A stretch of 64,000 nt of DNA from Planctomycetota bacterium (lineage in GTDB: Bacteria; Planctomycetota; Planctomycetia; Planctomycetales; Planctomycetaceae): contig CAUZFZ010000022.1 in the NCBI GenBank assembly GCA_963579025.1, forward strand, positions 15,459 through 79,458, written 5' to 3'. The notes beneath the pieces were generated by a model that saw only the letters and a list, made by a program, of their open reading frames with translations, was not told the origin of the DNA and searched no databases. The stretch's first letter is position 1; each line of letters begins with the position of its first letter. The translations under genes and the position numbers were made by a program. Shown here piece by piece: positions 52,874 through 63,600 of the stretch.

Positions 52874-54547
52874 TCAGGGAGCATTGGTTGCTGGTTCGAG
52901 TTGATACACCTGCGCGAGATGAGTGCTCCAATGCCGAACGATATGCCACTGAAAGGGTGACGGACGATACGTCGCCAGTGACCGATTGATCCGGGCTTCC
53001 TGATCCGTGAGTTGTTCCTCTGTGAGCGATGCGGAAGCGAGACGCTCTTCGTCAACCCAGAACAGCAACGGGCTGGCTTGACCGCCGGGGTATATCCCGG
53101 CTTTGCCCTGTTCGTACTCGAACACGTAGTTGTAGGCAGGATAGATCCCGGACACAGGACCGACGAGTTCCGCGTGAACACCATCCGCGTCCTGAACCAG
53201 CGAAACTGCCGTCTCGCGAACCATGCGATAGGTGCGGCGATACTGCCGACCTCCGTTCAGATGATCGTCATCGACGAATCCATGCCAGCCAATTAGAGAT
53301 TTCAGAAACACGACAGCAATTCCCGCGAGCACGACTAACGACACGTTGCGATTGAGCTTCGAACGGTGTCCGAACGCAACTCTGACGATCCAGTCAGCAG
53401 TCAGTATGAGCGGAACAGGAAACGCGACGAGAACATAATGTGGAACAATGCGGGGTCGAATCAGCGTCAGACACACAACCGGAATCAGTGTCCAGACAAT
53501 GAGTAGCATCGTTGTACGTTCGCGACTCAGAAACACACCGCGAATCATTGCGGCGATCCAGCACGTCGCCATAAGCGCTCCGGCGCAAAACTGAGCCATG
53601 TGCATTCCACCGGAGAAATACGCCGACATATCAATACCAGACGAATCGAACCAGTAGTCGAACTGTGATGCGCCCAGTTGTGCGTACAGATAAAGTAAAA
53701 TCGACCCCAGAGTTTCGAATGCACTGTTCTTTCCCTCGGCGACGTGAAGTGCAGTTCGGAAATCGATCCAGTTTGTGATCGACTGGAAAACGAACCACGG
53801 CGTCCAGGCGATCAGCCCGATCAGTGCCCCGGCTGTCAGTGGTTTCCAAGGCACAGTTCGTTTTGACGTGAATAGAACAAAGAGCAACCAGAACACGGCG
53901 CATGCACCCGAGAAATGCATCTGGGGAATGACGAGCGCCAGGACCGCCACGCGAAACAGACCTCTGCCCGTGCGTTCCCAAGTCAGCGTCCAGCCGATGA
54001 AGATCAGGCAAAGTGGTGCCAGGCAACTGGGTGGCCACATACTCCGCGCGTAGATGACGGACCAGGGTGAGATCGTGCAGCAGGCCAATGCCAGAAATGC
54101 CGTCATTTTTCCAAAGTGGTGTCTCGACAATTGAAATGCGAGATACAGAGCCCAGATATTGAGCACTGCGATCAGGACGGCACCAGAGAGTGGATGAAAC
54201 GCAAGCAGGTTGGCGGATGCCAGCAGGTAAACGAACAGGGCTGAATTTCGGATGCCAACACTTGGAAAGCCCGCCAGTGGCAGTTCGTCAATCTCCGCAG
54301 TCAGAATGTGAGTGGCGACCATGCCATGGTAGCCGTCGTCGTTCGACCAATTGATCAGCTCCAGGTTGTACAAGCGCAGGAAACTGGCAAGGCCCAGAAT
54401 TCCGGTCAGGAACCAGCGATCACGGACGGTCAGTTTGCCGCCATCAGAAGTCGAGTCTGTGGGCTGGCTTGCGGACGACTTAGGCTCTTCCACGGAAGCG
54501 ATTGCAGTTTCTCGCATGAGTGCAGCATCGGGCCTGGATGTGGTCAT
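52874..54547 (-). CDS. Glycosyltransferase family 39 / ArnT-PMT-like polytopic membrane glycosyltransferase
   Basis: About 12 TM helices with a GT-C-like N-terminal loop (NWSNDDGYHGMVATHILT). Overall layout typical of the 4-amino-arabinose / dolichyl-phosphate-mannose transferase-like family. Confidence 0.7.
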   Translation of the reverse strand: MTTSRPDAALMRETAIASVEEPKSSASQPTDSTSDGGKLTVRDRWFLTGILGLASFLRLYNLELINWSNDDGYHGMVATHILTAEIDELPLAGFPSVGIRNSALFVYLLASANLLAFHPLSGAVLIAVLNIWALYLAFQLSRHHFGKMTAFLALACCTISPWSVIYARSMWPPSCLAPLCLIFIGWTLTWERTGRGLFRVAVLALVIPQMHFSGACAVFWLLFVLFTSKRTVPWKPLTAGALIGLIAWTPWFVFQSITNWIDFRTALHVAEGKNSAFETLGSILLYLYAQLGASQFDYWFDSSGIDMSAYFSGGMHMAQFCAGALMATCWIAAMIRGVFLSRERTTMLLIVWTLIPVVCLTLIRPRIVPHYVLVAFPVPLILTADWIVRVAFGHRSKLNRNVSLVVLAGIAVVFLKSLIGWHGFVDDDHLNGGRQYRRTYRMVRETAVSLVQDADGVHAELVGPVSGIYPAYNYVFEYEQGKAGIYPGGQASPLLFWVDEERLASASLTEEQLTDQEARINRSLATYRPSPFQWHIVRHWSTHLAQVYQLEPATNAP

Positions 54548-54825
54548 AGGGTGTTCAGGCGAGATTATTCAGATGTCAGCCGGGAACTGAGAGCGTCTCC
54601 AGGCAATGCTATCAGAGTGTCGGATGGGACAAACCGCTCCAAACGGAACTTTGCGTCAGAATACGAATCGCGTCCTGTTCGGCACTCCACACAGACGTTT
54701 ACGTGTGGAATTGGGACTGAAACGTCACACCTCTGTCGATTAAGGTGTGACAAGGCCTCATGCTGGGCTCTTGCACATCGATATCTCCAGAAGGGGCCGT
54801 GGGCAGCCCCGTCGAAGAGTGATCC

Positions 54826-57800
54826 GTGATCGCCAGACACCGTCGACAAAACAGCCGCTACAGGCAGAAAAGACGCCGCGATCCGTGCGTCGCCGTCGAG
54901 TTTCTGGAGCAGAGAACGTACCTGTCCGGTGTTGCTGGTTCGGGTGCCGCCTTTGAAAACGCTGCCGTCACCAACGATCCCGCGATTCAGCAGCAGCCCA
55001 CGGTCGCCGTCAATCCGCTCGACAGCAGTCACGTCGTGATCGCTTATCAGGATGCGTCCCTGCTGGCGAATGATCAGAACGGCCCTGGTGTCTCAGTTTC
55101 GTTCGACGCCGGTGTGACGTGGACGCGAACTTCAATCAATCTGCCGGCTGACTTCGCCGATGCGTCGGATTCGCCAGTCGTTGAATTCGCGGCGGATGGT
55201 CGCGTGTTTGTCGCGTTCCAGGCGACCGGACTGCTCGGCAATGAGCTGGACATTGTCCCCACGCGAGGTGGCAACACCTACAGCGTCACGACGGACCACT
55301 TTGAGACGAACAGCGGCATCTTCGTTTCGATCAGCAACGACGGAGGTCTGAGCTGGAGTAGTACGACTGCGGTGTCGAGTCAGACGTTTGACGAATCGCC
55401 GGTTCCTTTTGATACCCAACCCGACCTGGCGATCGACACATTCGCAACACGAACGGATGGGTCAGTGAATCCACTGTTCGGAAATATTTACGCAACGTGG
55501 GTGACGTTTTATCCAGCGGGACAGTTTCCGCTCCGCCCTGATTTTCTTGGCGGCGGAACATCCATGATCTCTGTTTCACGGGATGGCGGCACGACGTGGG
55601 AACCGTTGGTCCGGACGACGTTCTTTCCTGTGGACGTCAACGAGAACGGAACGTTCGAGCCCACGGAGTTCTTCCCAGTGGAAGTCCCGGCACTGACTGA
55701 AGATGGGGGATTCTTCGCCGAGGCAGGCACGGCGTCATCATTTTCGGCCGTGCCGCGTGTCACCATTGGACCGGATGGTGACATCTACGTCGCGAATTTT
55801 GGCGGCGGAACGTTTTCAGTATTTCACTCCCCCGATGGTGGCGCAACGACGCTGCAGCCGATTCGGGAAACATCGACGAGAACGCCGTTCGGTCAGAGCT
55901 TCTTCGCACGGTCTGGTTTTCCGTTGATTGAGACTCAGCCCGATCCCGGGGTCGTGCGGTCGATCGTGGCCGATCCGACTCAGGCTGGAGTGCTCTATGC
56001 CGTCGAGGCTCTGTTCATTGCTGACGCCGCCAGTAATGGACTGGACCTGGCCGATATCTTCGTGGCGAAATCCGTCGACAATGGAGCGAACTGGGATTTC
56101 ACGTTTACCGGTAACGGCACGACGCTCGGTCAAAGTATTCCGGTGAACGACGATAACGGTGGCATCAGCGTCACGCGTGATCAGGAAGATCCGATTGTCT
56201 CCATCCAGGCTCTGCCCGAACTGTCCGTCGATGCCTCGGGTAACGTGACGGTCATCTGGTACGACACCCGTCGTGGCCTGAACGACTCATTCCTCGATGT
56301 GTTCGGGACAGAGAGCCAGGACTCTGGGGACAGCTTTTCACCGAACTTCCGGGTTACCAACGCGTCATCGGCTCTGATTCCGAATTCCGAGAACACTTTG
56401 GAGTCGGGTTTCAATCCAGCGGATGAGATCGGGCGGAGACTTGGTTTTACATCGGCGGACGGTTTCGGGTACGCGGCGTGGACCGACTTCCGCGACGGCA
56501 ATCCGGACATCTTCTTTTCCCGCTTCGCGCTCGATCCGGTTCCGGCAGGGCTGAACGATCGCTTTGAGCAGAATGACACGCCCGAGACCGCCACGGATCT
56601 TGGTGTCATCGTTCAGGAGACAATCACACAGCTCCGGCTGACGCCTGGTGAAAGTGACTGGTTCGCTGTTGAAGCCGGTGCGATCGGCGACATCCGAGTG
56701 AGAGTGACAGTCGGTGACGGCCAGGCGATTGATGTTGGTCTTGCTGATCAGTTCGCGCTGGAACTGCACAACGCGAATGGCACCGTGAAGCTGGTTGCTG
56801 GAACGGCGATTCTAAATGACTCTGGCCAGTTAACTGGTTGGGAGCTGAGCCGTCCCGCGACGGCGGGTACACAATTCCTGGTCCGCGTCCGCAGTCTCGC
56901 AAACAGTTCGGCTGCCACGCTCGAGTACAGCCTGTTCCTTGAAGCTCTGACTGCTGACCTTGGCAGCCGCGCTGAAGTGGATGCAACCGGCACACTGCTG
57001 CCAGGCGAGTTGGCTACGTATCGCCTGGTGACTCCCGCCGCCGGAAGCCTGCGCGCGATGGTCCTGGCATCCGATGACACTCAGCAGCTTGACTTGAGCG
57101 TCGTTGATGCCGAAACGCTTGAGCCTCTCGGCGACGTTGTGAGTACTCTGTCCGCAGGTGGTCTGGCGACATTCACAACGCGGACGTTCGAGCAAAGCGA
57201 ACTGCTGGTCATGATTCAGAATCAGGGGAATGCTGAGACGCAATTCCTGCTGGACCTGATCAACCTGGACGAGTCGGCGACACCGGGCGGCCGCATATTG
57301 TCGATTCCAGTCGGTGGTGCAGCCCCGAACTTTGGTGACTTCAACAACGATGCCGTTCCCGACCTGCTGGCGATCAGTCTGATCAATAACGCCCTTTCCG
57401 TATTGCCAGGGAATGGTGACGGCACATTTCAAACGGCACGAGTTTTCTCGACCGGCGCCAAGATTGCATCATTCGGTTCTGCCAGCGATGCGGAAGTTGC
57501 CGACCTGAATGGAGACGGCCGTCAGGACATCATTGTTGCCAACACGAATTCCGCCGATGTCTCGGTACTGTTGGGACGCGGCGACGGGACATTCGACGTA
57601 CAGCGTCGATTTGACACACTGGCGGTCGCATCAGAAATCGAGATTGCGGACGTCAACATGGACGGGTTTCCTGACGCACTCGTCACGGATGTCCAACGTG
57701 ATGTTGTCGGCCAGATTTCGTTACTGTTGGGACGAGGTGACGGCACGTTTCTTCCGCAGGTTCTACTACCGACGTCTGTCGTCGGTGGTTCGAAACAAAT

Positions 57801-60525
57801 CTTCTTTGCCGATTTCGACAAAGACGGAATCGGCGACCTGTACCTTCAGCCCGACACCGTGTCGTTTATCGAACTGCAGCGAGGCAATGGTGACGGTACG
57901 TTTGGCGTTTCGATTCGAGTCAACACACCGGGACTCGGTAACGGAGGCCGGCCGGTCGACATCGACGGTGACGGCAACCTCGACATTCCGGTCGGCGTCT
58001 TCACGTCCGATACCGTATTCGTCCTGTTCGGGAATGGGGACTTCACATTTCGTGAGCCGGAGTTGATTCCCGTTGGTGGAATGGCCATTCAACCGGCGGC
58101 GGTCGACATCGGTTCGCTGACTGTCGATAACGATGGCAATCGATTGCTTGGCAACCCGGACGGCATCATCGATCTCATCGCACCGCTTGGTTCGGAAGGT
58201 GAGACGGGTATTTCCGTGTTGCCAGGCATTGCAGATGCATCTGGCAACTTTGAATCGTTCGGCGCACCGATTTTTGTGCCCGGTCCAGAGAGTGCCACAC
58301 AGCTCGCGATTGTGGACCTGGACTCTGACGGTCAGCAGGACATCATCGTCGGCGACTTTGACGGCCTGACCCTGATCTTTGGTGGAGAGCCTCAACGCGA
58401 GCAGAACACGACCGCGGAGACCGCTCGCAATCTCGGTGTGGTGTCACATCACCAGGAACCGACTCGCACCATCACCTCAGAAACGACGGACGCGTTTTTC
58501 ACGTTGCAGGTGCCAGTTGAGGCAGTCGCCGAAGCCGGTGACCAGGTCCTGGACTTTGGTGGCTTCTTTTCGTCAGAAGGTGGTAGTGGTCTGAGCATGG
58601 AAGTGCTGGATGCGTCAGGAAACATCCTCGCGTCCGGTCAGCGATTCCGCTTGCGAGTCCCGCAGGGCGAGGAACTGCTCGTTCACATTTCTGGAACTGA
58701 CGGTCTCGAAGAAGAATCCGGCACAGGTGCTTACTCACTGAATATCGATGTGCTGCCGCAGGTAGTTTCGGTTTCGGCCGAGCCGCTTCTACCTGGTGCA
58801 AATGGACAACCAGGCGGCCCGACAGGACTGCTTGTCCTGACTCTGCAGGGAGACCGTCTCGACCCCGAGTCCGCCGAAGATCCCTCCAATTACACCATCA
58901 CGTTTCTAGGCGCGGATGGTATCTCCGCGACCGACGACGATCAGGTGATCCCGCTGGGTATCAATGATCGGTCACGCCAGCCAGTCGTCGCAAATCCGGG
59001 ATCGAACGTCGATGTCTCCAGCGGTCAGACATTCGCCACCGCGATACGCCAGACCGTTACTTTGTCATTCGATCAGCCGTTGCCGCCCGGCAATTATCGC
59101 GTCGAGGTTTCGGAGGACGTCCGGACACGGCCATTCAACGCTTCCGAAGCAGCTCGACTGGAAGCAGATTCGCAATTCGGCGCGCATACAGTGGTATCGT
59201 TTGTCGAAGGCGAGATTGTCGAAGGGGCGGTCATCGAGGTTGAAGACCTTGTGCAGCCAGCCGGACCCCTCGGCAGCTTTCAGACGTTCGAAGACGGCAC
59301 ATCCTTCCTGACTCAACTGCAGAATGATCTGAGTTTTCTGCTGGACAATCTGCTGACGGAATTCGGCGACTCCGCTGAGATTACTCCGGCAATTCTCAAC
59401 CAGATCACAAATCGATTTCAGGTCGCCATCGGAGGCCTCGGAGAACGACTGACTTCGATGTTGATTATCTTTCTGGATCCCGTGTCGCTGGACCTCGTCG
59501 ATCCGGGCAACAACCGAGTCACATTCAATCTGCAGACGAATCAGGTTCAGCGCACAATTCCCAACGCTTTTGTGGAAGTTGGCGGCAATGTTGAGATTGT
59601 CGTTGTCCCGAACGTGAATGGCCAGTTCCGGCTGAATGTCGCCGATGTTCCACCGACCGCGCGCGGCGGAGCCGTCTTCCTGGGACGCCAGAGCCAGATG
59701 GTCCAGACATTCACCAATGGCTTGCGAGGTGGAACACGATCCTTCGACCTCGATCTGCGAGAAGGCCAGATCGTGCCGACGCAGAATTCGCCGGCAACAC
59801 AGGCGCCGACGTTCGTTGTGTCTGCTTCAGACGTTTCGCAGCTCATCATCTTAAATGCACTGAATCGATTTGCCGCTGCGTCAATTGTTAACAGGAATGC
59901 GTCAACCTCGCTCGCGGGAATTCTGGCACCGCAGAGGAATCCGGGTCTGCTGATGAACGACGCAAGTGCGTCCACCGCGACATTTGCCATGTGGAACAAC
60001 AGCCCCATCGTGCGGGGAATCACCAGGCTGCTTGGAACACTGCTGAATGATGATGGCGACGGGATTCCAGAGAATGATCGTGATCCGGAAAGCGACGAGT
60101 GGACACCGGCGGAATTGCTGCGACGACTTATTGAAAGAGTGACGCAGGCGAATCAGGAACCCGCTGACCAACCAGCGGAGTCAACGCCCGATCAAGGTGA
60201 TTCCCCGGCGGACGACGGACCGCCCGTGAATGACGGCGAGACACGGCCAAGCGAGCCAGGGTCGCGCGGCGCTGATCAAACTGAGCAAGAACTGGATCGC
60301 AGCAATTCGCAGTCGAAATCGCTGACGTTGCCACCGCTGGATGAATCACTGCTGAAGACGCATCAGCGCTCGTCACCCGGTCGGATGATGTCGAGTCTGC
60401 ATCCGTCCAAAACGGATGGGAATGGGCTACGACTTGCCACAACCGGATTAATAATCAGCTCAGTCCTGCAGCAGTTGTCGTGTCCTGCCCCACTGACAAC
60501 GAAGACAAAATCCGATCGACGATGA
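54826..60525 (+). CDS. Giant (1899 aa) secreted protein with an N-terminal BNR/Asp-box sialidase-like propeller, PPC-like domains and multiple FG-GAP / VCBS repeats
   Basis: Asp-boxes SFDAGVTW, SNDGGLSW, SRDGGTTW, SPDGGAT, SVDNGANW. PPC-like ND-T-PETATDLG...SDWFAVEA (twice). FG-GAP repeats (ADLNGDGRQDIIVAN, IADVNMDGFPDALVTD, FADFDKDGIGDLYL, VDIDGDGNLDIPVG, LLGRGDGTF x3). The N-terminus is basic, then VEFLEQRTYLSG. Confidence 0.8.
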   Translation: MIARHRRQNSRYRQKRRRDPCVAVEFLEQRTYLSGVAGSGAAFENAAVTNDPAIQQQPTVAVNPLDSSHVVIAYQDASLLANDQNGPGVSVSFDAGVTWTRTSINLPADFADASDSPVVEFAADGRVFVAFQATGLLGNELDIVPTRGGNTYSVTTDHFETNSGIFVSISNDGGLSWSSTTAVSSQTFDESPVPFDTQPDLAIDTFATRTDGSVNPLFGNIYATWVTFYPAGQFPLRPDFLGGGTSMISVSRDGGTTWEPLVRTTFFPVDVNENGTFEPTEFFPVEVPALTEDGGFFAEAGTASSFSAVPRVTIGPDGDIYVANFGGGTFSVFHSPDGGATTLQPIRETSTRTPFGQSFFARSGFPLIETQPDPGVVRSIVADPTQAGVLYAVEALFIADAASNGLDLADIFVAKSVDNGANWDFTFTGNGTTLGQSIPVNDDNGGISVTRDQEDPIVSIQALPELSVDASGNVTVIWYDTRRGLNDSFLDVFGTESQDSGDSFSPNFRVTNASSALIPNSENTLESGFNPADEIGRRLGFTSADGFGYAAWTDFRDGNPDIFFSRFALDPVPAGLNDRFEQNDTPETATDLGVIVQETITQLRLTPGESDWFAVEAGAIGDIRVRVTVGDGQAIDVGLADQFALELHNANGTVKLVAGTAILNDSGQLTGWELSRPATAGTQFLVRVRSLANSSAATLEYSLFLEALTADLGSRAEVDATGTLLPGELATYRLVTPAAGSLRAMVLASDDTQQLDLSVVDAETLEPLGDVVSTLSAGGLATFTTRTFEQSELLVMIQNQGNAETQFLLDLINLDESATPGGRILSIPVGGAAPNFGDFNNDAVPDLLAISLINNALSVLPGNGDGTFQTARVFSTGAKIASFGSASDAEVADLNGDGRQDIIVANTNSADVSVLLGRGDGTFDVQRRFDTLAVASEIEIADVNMDGFPDALVTDVQRDVVGQISLLLGRGDGTFLPQVLLPTSVVGGSKQIFFADFDKDGIGDLYLQPDTVSFIELQRGNGDGTFGVSIRVNTPGLGNGGRPVDIDGDGNLDIPVGVFTSDTVFVLFGNGDFTFREPELIPVGGMAIQPAAVDIGSLTVDNDGNRLLGNPDGIIDLIAPLGSEGETGISVLPGIADASGNFESFGAPIFVPGPESATQLAIVDLDSDGQQDIIVGDFDGLTLIFGGEPQREQNTTAETARNLGVVSHHQEPTRTITSETTDAFFTLQVPVEAVAEAGDQVLDFGGFFSSEGGSGLSMEVLDASGNILASGQRFRLRVPQGEELLVHISGTDGLEEESGTGAYSLNIDVLPQVVSVSAEPLLPGANGQPGGPTGLLVLTLQGDRLDPESAEDPSNYTITFLGADGISATDDDQVIPLGINDRSRQPVVANPGSNVDVSSGQTFATAIRQTVTLSFDQPLPPGNYRVEVSEDVRTRPFNASEAARLEADSQFGAHTVVSFVEGEIVEGAVIEVEDLVQPAGPLGSFQTFEDGTSFLTQLQNDLSFLLDNLLTEFGDSAEITPAILNQITNRFQVAIGGLGERLTSMLIIFLDPVSLDLVDPGNNRVTFNLQTNQVQRTIPNAFVEVGGNVEIVVVPNVNGQFRLNVADVPPTARGGAVFLGRQSQMVQTFTNGLRGGTRSFDLDLREGQIVPTQNSPATQAPTFVVSASDVSQLIILNALNRFAAASIVNRNASTSLAGILAPQRNPGLLMNDASASTATFAMWNNSPIVRGITRLLGTLLNDDGDGIPENDRDPESDEWTPAELLRRLIERVTQANQEPADQPAESTPDQGDSPADDGPPVNDGETRPSEPGSRGADQTEQELDRSNSQSKSLTLPPLDESLLKTHQRSSPGRMMSSLHPSKTDGNGLRLATTGLIISSVLQQLSCPAPLTTKTKSDRR

Positions 60526-60626
60526 ACGGGCTCTCTAATTGCATCAACGTGAGATACCGGGCGTGTCTATCGCATGCGTCGTCGTTGGTGGCGACACTTT
60601 GAAGCGTCACAACATGCCGTACCTGA

Positions 60627-63600
60627 ATGGAGTTGACCGTGCCTGATCCTGGCCACCCGAATGAACCGGACCCCGCAGTCGGTCGCGATGATCCACCTGC
60701 CGACGCGACGCGCGGACCTGACGACAACGACCTCACTGTAATTCCGCGCGAGGCTCCTGTAGCCCGCGAAACAGTGGTCGTTCCGGACGATGAAAACACC
60801 ATACTGGACGAGGACGCGGCGTCGGACGAGGCAGCGACGATTGCGGAGACCGTCGATGGTCAAGTGGGAAAGACGCGTTCCAGATCGTCGCCGGACGAGT
60901 CGCGATCCACCTCAAGTACCCGGCTCAACTTCAGCAAGTCTGCGGAGTCAGAAACGCACACGGCTGTCTCGGACGGCCCGCGCTACGATCTGGTCGACAA
61001 CTTTGCACATGGCGGCGTCGGGAACATCTGGAAGGCCCATGATCAGCGGCTTCAACGAAATGTGGCCTACAAGGAGCTGCTCCCCCGTGCGTTGCGCAGG
61101 CCGCGTCTGGTGGAACGATTCGTCCAGGAAGCCCAGATTACCGGACAACTCGAGCATCCGGGCATCGTGCCGATTTACGACCTGGGTTGGCAGGATAACG
61201 GCGCACCCTTCTACGCCATGAAACTGATTAATGGCACTGAGATGAAGGACCGTATCGGACAATTGCACAAGCTGCCGAAGGACTCTGTGGAGTACAGACG
61301 CGCGTTTGTCAAACTCCTTCATAACTTCATCGATACGTGCAACGCGCTGGCGTTTGCACACCAGCGAGGTGTGCTGCATCGCGACCTGAAGCCTCAGAAT
61401 GTCATGCTGGGAGAATACGGAGAAACACTCGTCCTTGATTGGGGTCTGGCCAGGATCCTCACCTCGAACAAAGAATCCGCGACGGGCGGAGTGACGGTCA
61501 GCGGTGACTATCACGAGAATCTTGACGTTGGTGAGGAGTCGGCCGACGAGTCGCTGGCAGACGGTGTCCAGGATAGCGATGCAACGAAGATCGTGGGCGA
61601 ACCGGGAGATCCGTACCAGGCACCAACACATATCGTCACGACGATTAAGACCAGTTCCCGCAGCGAAGGCACCGAGACCAGATACGGTTCAGTAATGGGC
61701 ACTCTGGCCTATATGCCGCCCGAGCAGGCCGAAGGCAAAATCGACCTGATGGATGCGCGAACGGATATCTACTCGTTAGGCGCCATTCTCTACGAAATCC
61801 TGGTCAACGATGCGCCCATTCCCCGCGGCCCGATGGAGCAGATGATCGACTATATCGTCCACGAGCCGATCAAGCCGCCCATCGAAATCGACTCATCAAC
61901 GTCTCGTCAACTCAATGCCATCGCGCTGAAGGCGCTTTCCAAACGGCGTGAGGATCGATTCGCGTCGGCACTCGACCTCGCGCAGGATGTCGAGGACTAT
62001 CTCGCAGGCGAACCCGTCTCCGCCTATCCCGAACCCTGGTATGACACGGCTCGTCGCTGGGCAAGACGTCACCAGAAACAGATCGCCGGAACCATTGCGG
62101 CCATCGTCTTTCTTGTCCTGGTGCAGTTCGCCTGGTCACTGCGCACGGAAAATCAACAGTTGGCGGCTGTCGAAAAAGCACGATCCGATGTCGCGGCATT
62201 CGAACAACTCGCCGACGAAGCACAGTACTTTGCGGCGACCAGCGACCGGCTCGATGAGAACACCCCTTATTATGATCCAGCGCTGGCGGAACAGGCGGCC
62301 GATGCGGCGCTGAAAATCAGTGCAATGTGGGGCAAGCAACTTGAAAAGCTGCCGATTGATGAGCTGCGGAGTTCCGTGCGAGAGCCGTTGCACAGCCTGC
62401 TTCTGGTAACAGTCCAATCGCGTCTGCAACAGAATCTCGATGAGGAATCGACCCGGACGTTGCAGGCGATGCTGGAACGGGCCGCGGCACTCAACGGAGA
62501 ATCCGAGTCGCTGCTGCGCCTGCAGGCTGCCATCGCGGGTCAACATTCGCCTGGCAGTGGCGAGACTCCAGCAGAAGAGTCTGCGGCATTGACTGCTGGC
62601 AAAACGGCGCTGGACCATTTCCTCGCGGCAGAGGAGCTCCGCCGGACCGCGTCGCGCAGCGGCAACACAGACGGCGACGAGTGGAATGCTCACGCGGACC
62701 TGATCGAGCAGGCAATCGCAGGCTACAGAGCTGCAATTCGGCTTCGCTCCAACCACTTCTGGTCGCACTTCCAGATTGGGCGGTGCTACTTGAGTCTGGG
62801 TCGATATGCGGAGGGGGTCGAAACACTTGGAGCATGTATCGCCCTGCGCCCCGAGTCGCCATGGTCCTACAGTGCTCGAGGCCTCGCCCTGGCGATGTTA
62901 CAAAGGTACGAAGACGCCATCACCGATCTGAACCGCGCCATCGAACTCGACGCGTCATTCCTCCCGGCGAAGCTCAATCTGGGCGTGACCCATTGGATGG
63001 CCGGGAACATCGATCCCGCTGTTGACGTTTTTACTGAGCTGTTGCAGGACCCCAATGATCCGCAGCTCGCAGAGGCTGCTTATTACCGGGCATCCATTCG
63101 GTGGAACTCCGGCGACACATCCGACGCGATCAGTGATCTCGAAGCCGTCCTCACTGCCCGCCCGGGTTTAGCTCCGGCCCGTCTGCTGCGGAGTCAAATC
63201 CACTTTCTGACCGGTGAGATGGAGCTCGGCAAACTCGACCTGAATCTCTGGCTGGCCAGCACTCAGCGCAATGTGATGCCGGCGACCAAAGGCGACAAAT
63301 TCGATGCGGATAACTGGCAGGCGTGCTTCGAACGTGCCCGCTTTGTGCGTCGACTGTTGTCATCATCGATACCAGAACACGTGACAGTGAATCGCAAGGG
63401 GCTTCTGGAATTTGCCCTGACTGAGCTGCAGGCAGCGATCACTCAAGGCGGCAAGTCAGCCGATCTGTTTTCGGAAGCGGGATCGGTACTCGAACTGATG
63501 GGAGCCGGCCCCGACGCCCACGCGGCGTATTCGAAAAGCCTGGAGACGAAGCCGGACAATGACACTCTGCTCGTTAAGCGTGGCTGGCTGCTGGCTCTGC

